NCBI GenBank assembly: GCA_002269645.1
Contig: NIVC01002396.1
Location: 62,001 to 126,000 of the forward strand
Reading direction: 5' to 3'
DNA from: Macrostomum lignano
Taxonomy: Eukaryota
DNA: 64,000 bases
Within the stretch, counting starts at the first letter, position 1; each line of letters opens with the position of its first letter. Positions 1 through 12,399 of this stretch are shown one piece after another. Made by a program: the position numbers and the translations under genes. Under the pieces are notes generated by a model, which saw nothing but the letters and a program-made list of their open reading frames with translations, was not told the DNA's origin and searched no databases.

Positions 1-619
1 ACTGCAGACTGACAATCCTTAATCAACCATTTGCATTAAACATGCGCTGATGACACACGCAATTCTAGAAGGCGCAGAACATGCAATGCGTGCCTTCGAA
101 CTCTTTAAAATAATTCCGCAGATTCATCAGAATTCCGCTCTTATTCGTCAGTCTGCTCCCAAGAGGCTGGGATGGGGATGATGGAACTGTAAGTGAGAAG
201 GTTGTGACCGGAGTTGTCAAGAGGGGTAATGAGGCAAATTCTTGTTAATGCAAGGCGCGCCCGGCTTAAATCGAATTTGTATTCTTGAGCACGACTTTGC
301 AAATCCCCAGAAAGCATGGCAGCTCTTTCTCTCTATACACCACTACAATGCAACAATCAGGGTCCTTGATCACGGCCTGAGAGTTTACCCAAGAGGCCCC
401 AAGGGAGACAGATCACTCACTCACACTCCCAATTTTACTAATTGGTTTTGTTTTCAGAGCACTGAAAGCAGGAAACACACATAGCTGAAGTATTCCTGCT
501 AAACTGGTGTTGCAGCTTCATCAACTAGCTATATTTGATGCAGAACGGTATCTACAGTAAGACCTTGACAAACTCTTGGCTAAAGGCCCTCTCTGCTGGA
601 AACTGGAGCTGACAACCTG

Positions 620-850
620 ACCTTAAAACACTGACCTAAATCAGATAAAAACTGACCTAAATCTGAGTGTAAATCAGAGTAAACACTGACCTAAATCCAG
701 ATAAAACACTGACCTAAATCAGAGTATACACTGACCTAAATCAGAGTAAACACTGATCTAAATCCAGATAAAACACTAACCTAAATCAGAGTAAACACTA
801 ACCTAAATCAGATAAACGCTGACCTGAATCAGATAAAAAAGTGATCAGAT
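620..850. repeat. Degenerate ~21-22 bp tandem repeat (AAACACTGACCTAAATCAGAGT-like)
   Basis: Motif repeated roughly 9-10 times in the intron upstream of the AXH exon. Confidence 0.75.
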
Positions 851-1013
851 AAAGCACTGACCTTAACGGTAGCTAAAACACTGACATAAAGATTGACCTA
901 AGTTAGTCAATTCTATAACAGAGTTAGATTAAACAAATAGCAAAGCCTGTCAAACTAACATCAGTAAAACAAGCAATCAAGCCACTAATAAGCAATATTT
1001 ATCAATTCCACAG

Positions 1014-1322
1014 GTGCGCAAAATCGAACTGCCAATCAGTCAGCCGTTCTACGTAGCGGACAAAGGCTGGGCCTCGCACAGTCCGACTAAAACCATGGAG
1101 CGTCACGGACTGCCCTGTCAGCGGCTGGAGATTGGCGACTCTGTAGTGTCCCTGATCCCCAGGCGCAAGAAGCCGGCGGCATCCTCCGAAGTGCTCGACA
1201 TGTCAACTAGCGGGGCGGCGTCGTCTTCAACGGTGTCTAAAAAATCCAGGCCGATCCCGGGGTCCCCCGCTGGCTCAGCCAATCAGAGGAAGCGGCCGAG
1301 GTCGCCCGACCCGAGATGCTGA
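1014..1322 (+). CDS. ATXN1: Ataxin-1-like protein, terminal coding exon (C-terminal half of AXH domain)
   Basis: Acceptor ttccacag|GTG at 1013/1014. Translation ELPISQPFYVADKGWASHSPTKTMERHGLPCQRLEIGDSVVSL aligns by eye with ataxin-1 AXH (EVLVEYPFFVFGQGWSSCCPERTSQLFDLPCSKLSVGDVCISL). C-terminal RKRPRS parallels RKRRWS(776). Upstream exons were not resolved or lie outside the window. Confidence 0.8.
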   Translation: MRKIELPISQPFYVADKGWASHSPTKTMERHGLPCQRLEIGDSVVSLIPRRKKPAASSEVLDMSTSGAASSSTVSKKSRPIPGSPAGSANQRKRPRSPDPRC

Positions 1323-2324
1323 GAGGGCACGACATTCTGTAACAATAACAATAACAAGTTTCCACATTCAATATAACAGCCATAAACAGCCTGCTTACGA
1401 TTCTCATTAACAACAGAATAATAGCGAAAAGCGCAATTAATACTACTTATACAAACTGCGCGACTTGGCTGCGAATCTAAAAATATTTTCTTTTGTATTT
1501 TGTGCATTAACTACCTCGTCCGCTCAGATGAATAGATAGGTGTCGTTACAGTGCAATTTGACACAGATATTTGCCATGACTGACGCACTGATGCAGACAG
1601 CAATATTATTAAGCAATGTGCTTCAATATCTGATCATTTTTTCCGTTCTATTATCTAACGGTTTTCAATCTCTGTAATACTACTATATTATTACTGTCAC
1701 TATTACTAGCAATACTGCTGTAACTATATATAAGCAGCGTACAAATGTGCGGTACACAATTCAATTGAAACTCAAAAGTGCAAAATTTGAAAACACTCAC
1801 TGATCTCTCTCTCTCCACTGTCTGTTGTTTTACTGTTGTTTCTGTTGTTAACCTGCAGCAAAGTGCAAAGATGAAGGACACCGACGTTTACAATACCCCC
1901 ATCTGTGTCCTTATTGTCCAATCAATCAATAAATGTAGATATTAACTGCCGAATTTGCTTTCTCTACTAGCAAGAGGTCACCCTCTACCTGTAGCAGTAT
2001 TTTAGCAGTTTTATCCCGTCTCAAAATCTGTTAAAACCTGTCTTGTTATCACATGAAATACCTCGAATTTTTACTGCGCAATCCTATGGTAAAATCGTAA
2101 ATAACTACGAGCTAAATATACACGACACGCTGTTTAGTGTGTCGAAATGCTAAATTCCTAATTGCAGATATTCAAGCAAAATTGAATTTGCTACTGCCGC
2201 GCATGGCAACGAATATTGATTCATTTGTACTCAATCAGAAATTACTGATGCAGACACATATATTTAGTTGCCTAGAAAGATACTTTATCCACTCCATCAC
2301 GTAATCTATCCCTTCCAACTAAAC

Positions 2325-2470
2325 TAATCTACACTAACCTACCCTTAACCTACCCTAACCTATCCTAATCTACCCTAATCTACCATATTCTACCCTAATC
2401 TACCCTAATCTACCCTAACCTATCCTAATCTTCCCTAACCTACCCTAATCTACCTTAGTCTACCCCCTTA
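2325..2470. repeat. 10-bp tandem repeat (TACCCTAATC/TACCCTAACC)
   Basis: Direct reading of the sequence. Confidence 0.8.
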
Positions 2471-2784
2471 TCTACCCCTCCAATTCTAATCCAAAAGGTC
2501 AATAAAAATGTCTGCCCTTCATCACTGCTCAGGCATCGCATCAACATCCTCAAAATAAATATATAATTGCATAACAACCTCTAAGTCTATATTTAGTGTT
2601 CAGACAGGTGCCTTCGCCCCAGCACTGTGCTAATTGTACAGGCAGTTTCTAAATATAAAAACAAGCACAAGAGGAAACTAATTGCTACTCTAAAAACGCG
2701 CACCTTTTTTCGATTTTCTAAGATTTCTAGCGAAAGCATAAATTATCGATCTTATTTGTGGGATTGGAATTCTGAAACGGGGAA

Positions 2785-3225
2785 AAAGAGGAGAGATAAG
2801 AGAGTAGAGAGAAGAGAGGAGAGATAAGAGAAAAGGGAGAGAGGAGAGAGGAGAGAAAAGAGAGGAGAGACGACAGAGGACAGAGAAGAGAGAAGAGAGA
2901 AGAGACGAGAGAGGAGAGAGAAGTGAGGAGATAAAAGAAAGGAGAGATAAGTGAGGAGAGAGGAGAGAGAAGAGAGGATAGAGAAGAGAGGAGAGATAAG
3001 AGAAAAGGGAGAGAGGAGAGAGGAGAGAAAAGAGAGGAGAGACGACAGAGGACAGAGAAGAGAGAAGAAAGAAGAGACGAGAGAGGAGAGAGAAGTGAGG
3101 AGATAAAAGAGAGGAGAGATAAGTGAGGAGAGAGGAGAGAGAAGAGAGGATAGAGAAGAGAGGATAGAAGAGAGAGGATAGAGAAGAGAGGATGGAGGGG
3201 AGAGGAGGAAAAGTGATGGTGAGAG
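2785..3225. repeat. GA-rich low-complexity tract with internal duplication
   Basis: Nearly pure A/G sequence; a ~170-bp block occurs twice. Confidence 0.85.
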
Positions 3226-3319
3226 TGAGTGTGGGTGATCAGTCGCTATCCGATCAAATCCTCACCAGAGCCTGCTCAGTCAGTGGCACAGTTCATAAAC
3301 TATCTCCAGGAGTTGGCGC

Positions 3320-4812
3320 TTGACTTACTTGACTTGACTTAGCTGCAGGGGGCGTCCGGCGGATGCAGCGAGGAGGCGGAGGAGACCGCCCATTCCGCTA
3401 GCCCCTGGCGACCAACGACTTCCGTTGAAGTGGTGTCGCTCAGGGGGACCCGTCGGTCTCGCCTGCAGCGCGGTCCTCCTCACCGACGGTGGGGAAGAAA
3501 TCAGCTCGTCCGGTGTCCCTGAGGTACCGGGCGAGCAGTGGGATGCTCTCGGGCCTGCAAACGTCGGAGAGAACCGGGTTTGGCCCGAGGTGAGTAAGCC
3601 TGGCCCTGGTGAAAACCGGGCAGTGGCAGATAAAATGCTCGGCGTTTTCACTGCCTGAGCGGCAGAAGGGGCACCGCTCCTCGGGTACTTGGCCCTGAAG
3701 GAAGCGGTGGCGAGAGAAGCAGCCATGCCCGGAGAGGGCCATGCTAACTGCTCTGAGGTCTCTGCGGTTGAGCCTGAGGAGGGCTCTACGCAGGAGAGGA
3801 GAGGGACAGGGGACGGCAGCACGGGATTGCCTACAATTCCGGGTGTCGTGCCACCTGCGGAGATGCTCGGAGTCAGCCCAGCGCTTAACGCGGGAATTGA
3901 TCACCGAGGCGGGGATGGGGGCACCCGGGCCCGGCCCCAATAGCGCGCCGGCGGAGCCAGCCTTGGCCAGCAGGTCAGCGCGCTCGTTGCCGAGGAAGCC
4001 GGCGTGGCCCGGGATCCATCTGAGCTCCACCTGGTTGCCTAGCGCAAGCCCGTTGAGCTGGGTGTTGCAGTCCAGGACGGACCTGGAGCTGGCGGTGCTG
4101 CGGCAGAGGGCCCGAAGGGCTGCTTGGCTGTCAGAGTGAAAAATAAATTTCCGGCCGCTAAGCTGCCTTCGGCGCAGCTCTGCCGCGCAGGAGCTGATGG
4201 CAAGCACCTCGCTCTGAAAAACACTGGAGTTGAGCCCAGTGTGCTGGGAGTAGCTCCACACCACTTCTCCCTTGAAGAAGACGCAAGCTCCGAAGCCTGA
4301 AAGACCATGCCTCATAGAGCCGTCAGTGTAACAGTGGACTTCAGAGTCGCTCCAGCTGTCACTCGCCTCGTGTCGAGGCTGAATGGTGACCTTATACCTT
4401 TGGCTCAGGAGAAGGGTGGCTGGGATCGAGTCCGTGAGGATGTTGAGCCCGCCACACTCCTCGAGAGCCTTGAGGCAGAGGTCAGAGTGCGGGATAAGCG
4501 ACCGCTTCTTAAAGGCCCGCACTTTCTTGAAGGCCACCCCAGCATCCAGAAGACGCCGGGTGCTCTTCGCCGCCTCTCCTTTGATATAAATATCCAAAGG
4601 AGGGGCGCAGAGGAAGGCATTCATGCCTTCAAAAGGAGTAGAGGGTGGAGCGCCCATAGTCATGCGGCAGGCTCTGCCCTGGATTTTGTAGAGAGCGTCG
4701 AGGTTGCTCTTGACGCTCAGGCCGCTAGCCCACACGAGGCTGGCGTAACTGATCGAGGGGCGGATGATGGCAGTGTAAATCCACCACAGCTTCCTGGGGG
4801 TGAGCCCCCAGG
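3320..4812 (-). mobile_element. 5'-truncated non-LTR retrotransposon (RNase H-bearing LINE, R1/LOA/I-like), TSD-flanked
   Basis: 12-bp direct repeat AGGAGTTGGCGC at 3308-3319 and 4813-4824. 3' tail of AAGTC-like repeats at 3320-3341. The ORF has a post-RT motif (WIYTAIIRPSISYASLVW), RNase H and a C-terminal Zn knuckle. Confidence 0.88.
3440..4810 (-). pseudogene. LINE ORF2 C-terminal fragment: RNase H + CCHC Zn knuckle (no RT core, no start codon)
   Basis: Motifs YTDGS, VFQSE, HSDSQAAL, WIPGHAGFLGNERADLLAK and CPFC...EHFICHC. The frame stays open up to the 5' truncation point. Confidence 0.85.
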
Positions 4813-7163
4813 AGGAGTTGGCGCAGATCCCGATTGGATTGAGACGAGAGAAGTCGGCAGTTGATATCGCACTCCAGATTGTTTTGCAGAGGGCTTGCAG
4901 TCAGTCAGCTTAAGTCCGCTATTAAGGATCTAATCAAGGCTAACCTGAGCGGATTATGCGTGCTGCCTCATTCTACTTATGTCTGGCTGATTAGACAAAA
5001 TGAAGATTAAGATTGCGGAGATTGATGCGTAGATACTGGCGTCAGTCTCTCAGCTCTACTTTGCTGGAGAATTAAGTGTTAGGCTTTGGAGCATGTAATC
5101 CGATCGTTTCGTTAAAAATCCACATGCAGAATTCGAGCCATATCGTATGCTGGACAGGTGATTTGTGCATCACGGAGAGAGGAGACAAGAGATCGAGAAG
5201 GGAGGGAGTTTTTGGACAGGAAAAAGGAGTCCCGCATTGACAGGTCAGGTGACAGGGCTTCAATGACCCGTGAACACTCTCCCCGTGGATCTGCTATGAG
5301 TCCGCTATATATTTGCATAGCAGATCCACCTTGATATTATAATTTTCTTTTGAGTCTACGGCGGGGTCTAACTTGTATCTGGTTATGTAAACTCGATTAC
5401 ACAATCCAGCAGACAATCATTCGAAGGCGCTCTGTAATAGTGAGTGATAGTTTAAAAATAAGCGCTAGTAGCTCCTATTCCCATCCATTTCTTTCTTAGC
5501 ACGGGACAGACTGTAGCCCCGCAGCTTCTACAGCTCCGGTTACGCTGGCACGCCTCGAGGGTTTGGCTCGCGCTCGCGGCCACTGCCACCCACCGTGTGT
5601 CAGCTTGGCTTTCCTGATGCGCCTATCCAGCTAAGGCCGGTGTCATTTGCGTGATTGCAATGGAGCGAGTGAGTGAGTGAAGTGAGTGAATTAGAGCTGC
5701 ATGTAGCGGGAGGGGAGGGAGGTTACGAGGTTAAAAAGGGAAGAAGCTGCAGACCCGATTGGCGTAACTCCAGCAAAATCTGTCGGCCTGTTTTCCGAGA
5801 AATAACAAAAAGGTCTACATCTCTGTAGACTCAGATTTGGCCCCATCATCCGGCCCAAATGGTGGCATACTATATGAATTAAAGATAACCCCCTATAAGC
5901 TTACTCTCAGTCCCGTCCATTAAGGCGGCGAGAGTGGGCATGGAGCGCTGCGAATCTTATGGGCTTTCCGAATATCTTTGCTCCCCTTATTTTTAATGTC
6001 ACGGCTCCCGCCAAATGTGTGCTTCCAACTTTCACGCGATCTGGCTTCATCAATCCTGTGGGGATTCTCCCATGAGCTGTCAGGGGGGATCTGACAGCCA
6101 ACTCTCTGCTGCTGTCATTTTGGCGAAGCATTAGCAATTTTGTTTCTGAATGCCCGCAAATTTGATGGCGGCTTAATGCGTACATTAATCCATTTGCGAT
6201 TACGGCTCGGTAATTGATTTTTATGCTTCCCTGGCTTTTACGCTCGTACATTACAACGTTATTTGCTTTGGACTCTTCGCTTTTGGAGAAAAATCTTTCA
6301 GTTTAAAAAAACTTTCTTTACTTTATGTATTTTTCCTGCAGTACGTTTCTGAATAAGATTAAGTAATAAGTCTACATTTACATGAACACTGCGTTTAATT
6401 CTCAGGACTACATAGACAATCGAATAGACAGCAAATCTTAACCTGCAAAAACTATTGAAGATACTCTACTGACAGTAGATATGCGTGAGTTTAACCACAA
6501 TTGTATTATACACACTGTCGTCTCTAAATCGAGGGGACTGCATAGCGCTTTTAGTCATACATAGCACTCCATCCCCATCCATAGCTTTATACATGCGTTA
6601 TGCTATGGCCTAATCTGACTTGTGCTTAGAGTGCAGAGATCCATACACCACTTTACGTTTATTAATAGACCCCCGGTCCAGTAATATTTTCTTCAGGTCG
6701 GGACCCTCAACCTACTGCAACATAAGCTGGGTGGTGTGAAGGCCCAAGCAGTTTTTCAGCAACAAAGAAAACAACAGATCTAGCTTCTCTTCAGATTAAA
6801 AAAGCATGTGTGGGATGTGTGGTACAGTTATCATTATCAAGGCTTGGGTATGATCTTAATGATGTGATTGTGTATAATTTTTGAAGACATTATCGATAGA
6901 GATATTAGCAGGAAGAACTTTACTTTGTTGCTAAAAGTTGCACTTCAGGAAACTTATGAAGGCTACATAATTACTTCATTAGACCATTTTTGTTAAAATG
7001 GGTGAAACCTGAAAACAAATGACATTTTAAATTGGAGCAGCCTGAGTTCTCTTCAAACTAGGAATGTTCATCTATTCAATTTCTTTTCGATTTGAGTGTT
7101 AATTCCATGCCTAGCTAGCTTTATATTTGCTATATTATTTGCTTTTTATCTGCTATATGAAAA

Positions 7164-10100
7164 ATGAAGTTGCATTTTGCAGTAATTGGAGTTGTGTTTG
7201 CTATAGCAACTGTAAGTGATGGCGCTTTTGTCCCCTACAAAACGGCAGTATTCAACCAGAAAATTGACCACTTTGTATACAGTGCAGCTTCTGGAAAGGG
7301 TTTTAAAAATAACCCTAGGTTTCCACAACGATATTTGTATACAGGTAAGAAAATATGGCTGGAAAAATTTATTAAACTCTGCTGTGTACTTGTACTTGTA
7401 TTCACACTCAATATTAGGCCTAGTAATAATATTTCTTATAAGTTATAATAACAATAATAATATTAAGATATCTTAATAATTATTAAATATTAAAACACCA
7501 CTATACTAAAATGGGTTGTGCTGTCTATCTAGGATATCTAGGTAGGTATATGTATAGTTTTAGAAAAAAGCCTAACCAATTTTTATGAAACTTGCACCCT
7601 TTGATAAGAAATTTACCAATATGAATTAAAGTTAAGCCTAATATGCAATAGGCCTACATAATTTAAAAAAGTAAATACTCTAATATATTAGAAATATCTA
7701 CTTATATATTATTATAAATAATATGAAATTTATTTTAAGTCTTAAGATATTCTAATAAAATATAAATATATATAGGCCTATTCTTATATAGTTATAACTG
7801 CTATGCTAATAAGCCTATTTATAATTTTAGGAATATTTATTATAAAAGAATTCTTCAATATAAATATATTGTATAAGTACAGATCTAAAGTCTAAAGTAA
7901 AGAACAGAAGGGTACAAGTCTATACTCAATGTTTTTGAATTAATACTATAAGTTGGATTACCATTGGTATTTGTTATGATATAAAGTTTTGTTAAAAACT
8001 GCAGCTATAAAAGAAGTCACAAACTCCTTGGTCATATAGATATATTAATAATATTGAATTATTTGTTGAATATTGAAGTTATTCTATATTTTATTTTTTA
8101 GGGATAGGTTGGATACTCAGATAGCTATCTTTTTTCTAGTTGTATTCTTTAAGGTAATATAAATGAATAACTTAACTTTTAGCATTAATCTAGTGGCATA
8201 TAATATTTTATATTATTAACTTTAGGTATTAAAATCCCAAGCTTAATAATAATATAATACAACTTCTAATTTATAGAGAATTTTTTTCAAAAGTAAACTT
8301 TCCTTAATAAAAAAAATGACTAATTCTTCTATTTCAGACAAGTTCTTTGACAAAGCCAAAGGTCCAATCTTTTTCTACACTGGCAATGAAGGGCCCATTG
8401 AGGGTTTTTGGAACAATACTGGCTTTGTTCATGAGATTGCACCCAAATTTGGGGCCCTGGTTGTCTTTGCTGAGCATGTAAGCTTGTTAATTGATTATTA
8501 ATTTTTTGTAAATGACAAGTTTTTATATATTTATATATTGGTAGCTTAACCATTGTAATTTTCTACATATTCGTATGTCCACTCTAACTGAACTTTTAAT
8601 GCGCATATTGTTAAATTTTGATCTTATACTAGAGAAATTTTTAATTAGACAGTATATATCTATAACATAGTAGGTAATTTTATTAGTAGGCCCAGAGGCC
8701 AATAATATAAAGAAGTAAAAAACGTAAGTTGCATTTTGTCAGTTTGGAAAAAAACAATTTTTTGTTTGTTTCTGGACTTTCAACATAGGATAGGGATGAG
8801 AATGGTGAGAGTGAGAGATAGAAAAAGATAAAGAAGGTGGAGTGAAAGGCCAGGGCCAGATGCAATGCTAGATCATTGAGGGCCTTTGGGGCCAGATAGG
8901 AATGCTATGGGGACTGGATCTGGCCCTGGGGCCAGAGGTTGCTGACCCCTGCTCTAATTGATAACTATATTCAGGGGAATTTCTATACACATCGTTATAT
9001 ATTGTTGTTTAAACTAGAGAAAATTTCGATACATTTCAGTGTTAGTTTCACTTGGCCAGCTTTCGATACATATCGGTAGATAGGTAGTTTCAGTTGGCCA
9101 GCTTTCGATACATATCGGTAGATAGGTAGTTTCAGTTGGCCAGCTTTCGATACATATCGGTAGATAGGTAGTTTTACTTGGCCAGCTTTCGATACATATC
9201 GGTAGATAGGTAGTTTCACAAGGCCAGCTTTCGATACATATCGGTAGATAGGTAGTTTCACTTGGCCAGCTTTCGATACATATCGGTAGATAGGTAGTTT
9301 CACTTGGCCAGCTTTCGATACATATCGGTAGATAGGTAGTTTCACAAGGCCAGCTTTCGATACATATCGGTAGATAGGTAGTTTTACTTGGCCAGCTTTC
9401 GATACATATCGGTAGATAGGTAGTTTCACTTGGCCAGCTTTCAATACATATCGGTAGATAGGTAGTTTCACTTGGCCAGCTTTCAATACATATCGGTAGA
9501 TAGGTAGTTTCACTTGGCCAGCTTTCGATACATATCGGTAGATAGGTAGTTTCACAAGGGCAGCTTTCGATACATATCGGTAGAGATATTTCCACTAGGG
9601 CAGCTTTCGACACACATCGGTAAATAGGGAAGCTTTCGATACATATCGGTAAATAGGTAGCTTCACTACTAGGCAGCTTTTGATGCATATCGATATGCCT
9701 GAGGTGTCAATTAGTTGAAATTCAAACTGTAATCTATTCTAACTTTTTTAGAACTGTTTATCTCGGTATTTGGTTGAATATTAATTTTTATCAGAAGTTC
9801 TACCAGGCACAGCTGGTCAGCTAATCAGTCACCCCCGCCACCCAAGACTTTTGTAAACTGTATGCAGCTATGTACATATGTAGTAGGGTCTGTGTAAAGC
9901 TGCTATCTTCAATATACAGTAAACAGGAGCTATGGTTTTGGTTATCTGTTAGCTTTTGAAAACTTGCCTTTCTTAAAGGCACTTGCAGCTAGGTATATGA
10001 TATTTGTGTATTCTCCTCGACCAATTTCGTATCTGTTTTCTCTCTGTAACTCTTACTCTTGCACCTACTTTTGCTATTAGCTTGTAGTTAAGTTTCATGG

Positions 10101-12360
10101 GCATCTGGTACAAGGCAGGCACTTAGCACTTTGACCTGAGAGAGAGACTTATCGATTCTTTCTTTCAAAAGGTATATGATTTTTTGCCAAAGCTGCTAAG
10201 CAAGAATTTAATATGATCAGATTGAATATTTTCTGCAGACCATGTTGGGAAAACATCCTCTTTGAGGCGGAAGGCCTTTTTATTTCAATACATGGAATGG
10301 CAGCGAAGAGTTTTGTGCTGCTTTGCGCATATATTTATATTTACAAACAACGCGAGATTGAGGGGCCTAGGGAGGTGCAAAAAGGTGGCGTGGCGTGATA
10401 GGCTACACCAACCCCCCCGGCTTAGCGAGACGGCTAGCATGGCGCGCACCCACCCCACCTCAGCTAGACAGAGGTTGGAGGGTTTCCAGTGCGGCTGCAC
10501 TGGTGCTGCCGGTCGCGTACAGTCTGGCCGCCACACTCTACTCTATGACCCAAGTGGAAGCAGATTCTCTATGACCCAAATGAAAGCAGATCCTCTATGA
10601 CCCAAGTGGAAGCAGATCCTCTATGACCCATGTGGAAGCAGATTCTCTATGACCCAAGTGGAAGCAGATTCTCTATGACCGAAATGGAAGCAGATCCTCT
10701 ATGACCCAAATGGAAGCAGATCCTCTATGACCCAAATGGAAGCAGATTCTCTATAACCCAAGTGGAAGCAGATTCTCTATAACCCAAGTGGAAGCAGATT
10801 CTCTATAACCCAAGTGGAAGCAGATTCTCTATAACCCAAGTGGAAGCAGATCCTCTATAACCCAAGTGGAAACAGATCATCTATGACCCAAGTGGAAGCA
10901 GATCCTCTATGACCCAAGTGGAAGCAGATCCTCTATGACCTAAGTGGAAACAGATCCTCTATGACCCAAGTGGAAACAGATCATCTATGACCCAAGTGGA
11001 AGCAGATCCTCTATGACCCAAGTGGAAGCAGATCCTCTATGACCCAAGTGGAAGCAGATCCTCTATGACCTAAGTGGAAACAGATCCTCTATGACTTAAG
11101 TGGAAACAGATCCTCTATGACCTAAGTGGAAACAGATCCTCTATGACCTAAGTGGAAACAGATCCTCTATGACCCAAGTGGAAACAGATCCTCTATGACC
11201 TAAGTGGAAACAGATCCTCTATGACCTAAGTGGAAACAGATCCTCTATGACCTAAGTGGAAACAGATCCTCTATGACCCAAGTGGAAACAGATCATCTAT
11301 GACCCAAGTGGAAGCAGATCATCTATGACCCAAGTGGAAGCAGATCCTCTATGACCCAAGTGGAAGCAGATCCTCTATGACCTAAGTGGAAACAGATCCT
11401 CTATGACTTAAGTGGAAACAGATCCTCTATGACTTAAATGGAAACAGATCCTCTATGACCCAAGTGGACGCAGATCCTCTATGACCCAAGTGGAAGCAGA
11501 TCCTCTATAACTTAAGTGGAAACAGATCCTCTATGACTTAAGTGGAAACAGATCCTCTATGACCCAAGTGGAAACAGATCCTCTATGACCCAAGTGGAAA
11601 CAGATCATCTATGACCCAAGTGGAAGCAGATCCTCTATGACCCAAGTGGAAGCAGATCCTCTATGACCTAAGTGGAAACAGATCCTCTATGACTTAAGTG
11701 GAAACAGATCCTCTATGACTTAAATGGAAACAGATCCTCTATGACCCAAGTGGACGCAGATCCTCTATGACCCAAGTGGAAGCAGATCCTCTATGACCCA
11801 AGTGGAAACAGATCCTCTATGACTTAAGTGGAAACAGATCCTCTATGACTTAGTGGAAACAGATCCTATATGACTTAAGTGGAAACAGATCCTCTATGAC
11901 TTAAGTGGAAACAGATCCTATGACTTAAGTGGAAACAGATCCTCTATGACTTAAGTGGAAACAGATCCTCTATGACTTAAGTGGAAACAGATCCTCTATG
12001 ACTTAAGTGGAAACAGATCCTCTATGAAGATTTTCTACGAGCCTTAAGGAGAGACCTTATGAGAAATTACGTAGCCTAGTTTCAGTGCGCAGCTGTGCAA
12101 TTTTTTTTGCTAATCCTTTTCAACAGAGGTACTACGGCCAATCTCTGCCATTCGGCAATGACAGCTTCAAGCAGGAGAACCTGCAGTATCTGACCATTGA
12201 ACAGGCCATGGCAGACTTTGCCGTGCTGATCCACGTGCTGCGGAATTATGTGTTCAATATTCCTGACCGGCCTGTCATTGCCTTTGGCGGCAGGTATTGA
12301 TGGGCTATTCTGGTTGTGTCTGTCTGCCTGTCTGTCTGCCTGTCTGTCTGTCTGCCTGCC

Positions 12361-12399
<39 letters not shown>

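Noticed and set aside
122-177. Possible upstream ATXN1 exon ending GGAACT|gtaagt
   Set aside because: The donor looks plausible, but the translation shows no recognisable AXH similarity; insufficient support.
2325-2470. Interstitial telomere
   Set aside because: The unit is a 10-mer containing CCCTAA, not tandem TTAGGG/TTAGG; it is short and degenerate.
3230-4900. Host exon interrupted by the LINE
   Set aside because: Rejoined flanks give only ~35-55-codon frames with no recognisable homology or convincing splice sites.
5750-6260. Possible MITE or ORF (114 aa, minus strand) upstream of DPP7
   Set aside because: No TIR/TSD, second copy or protein motif recognised.
10545-12028. 26-bp array as a CRISPR array
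   Set aside because: Units are head-to-tail with no unique spacers, there are no cas genes, and it lies in a eukaryotic intron. The same applies to the other arrays.
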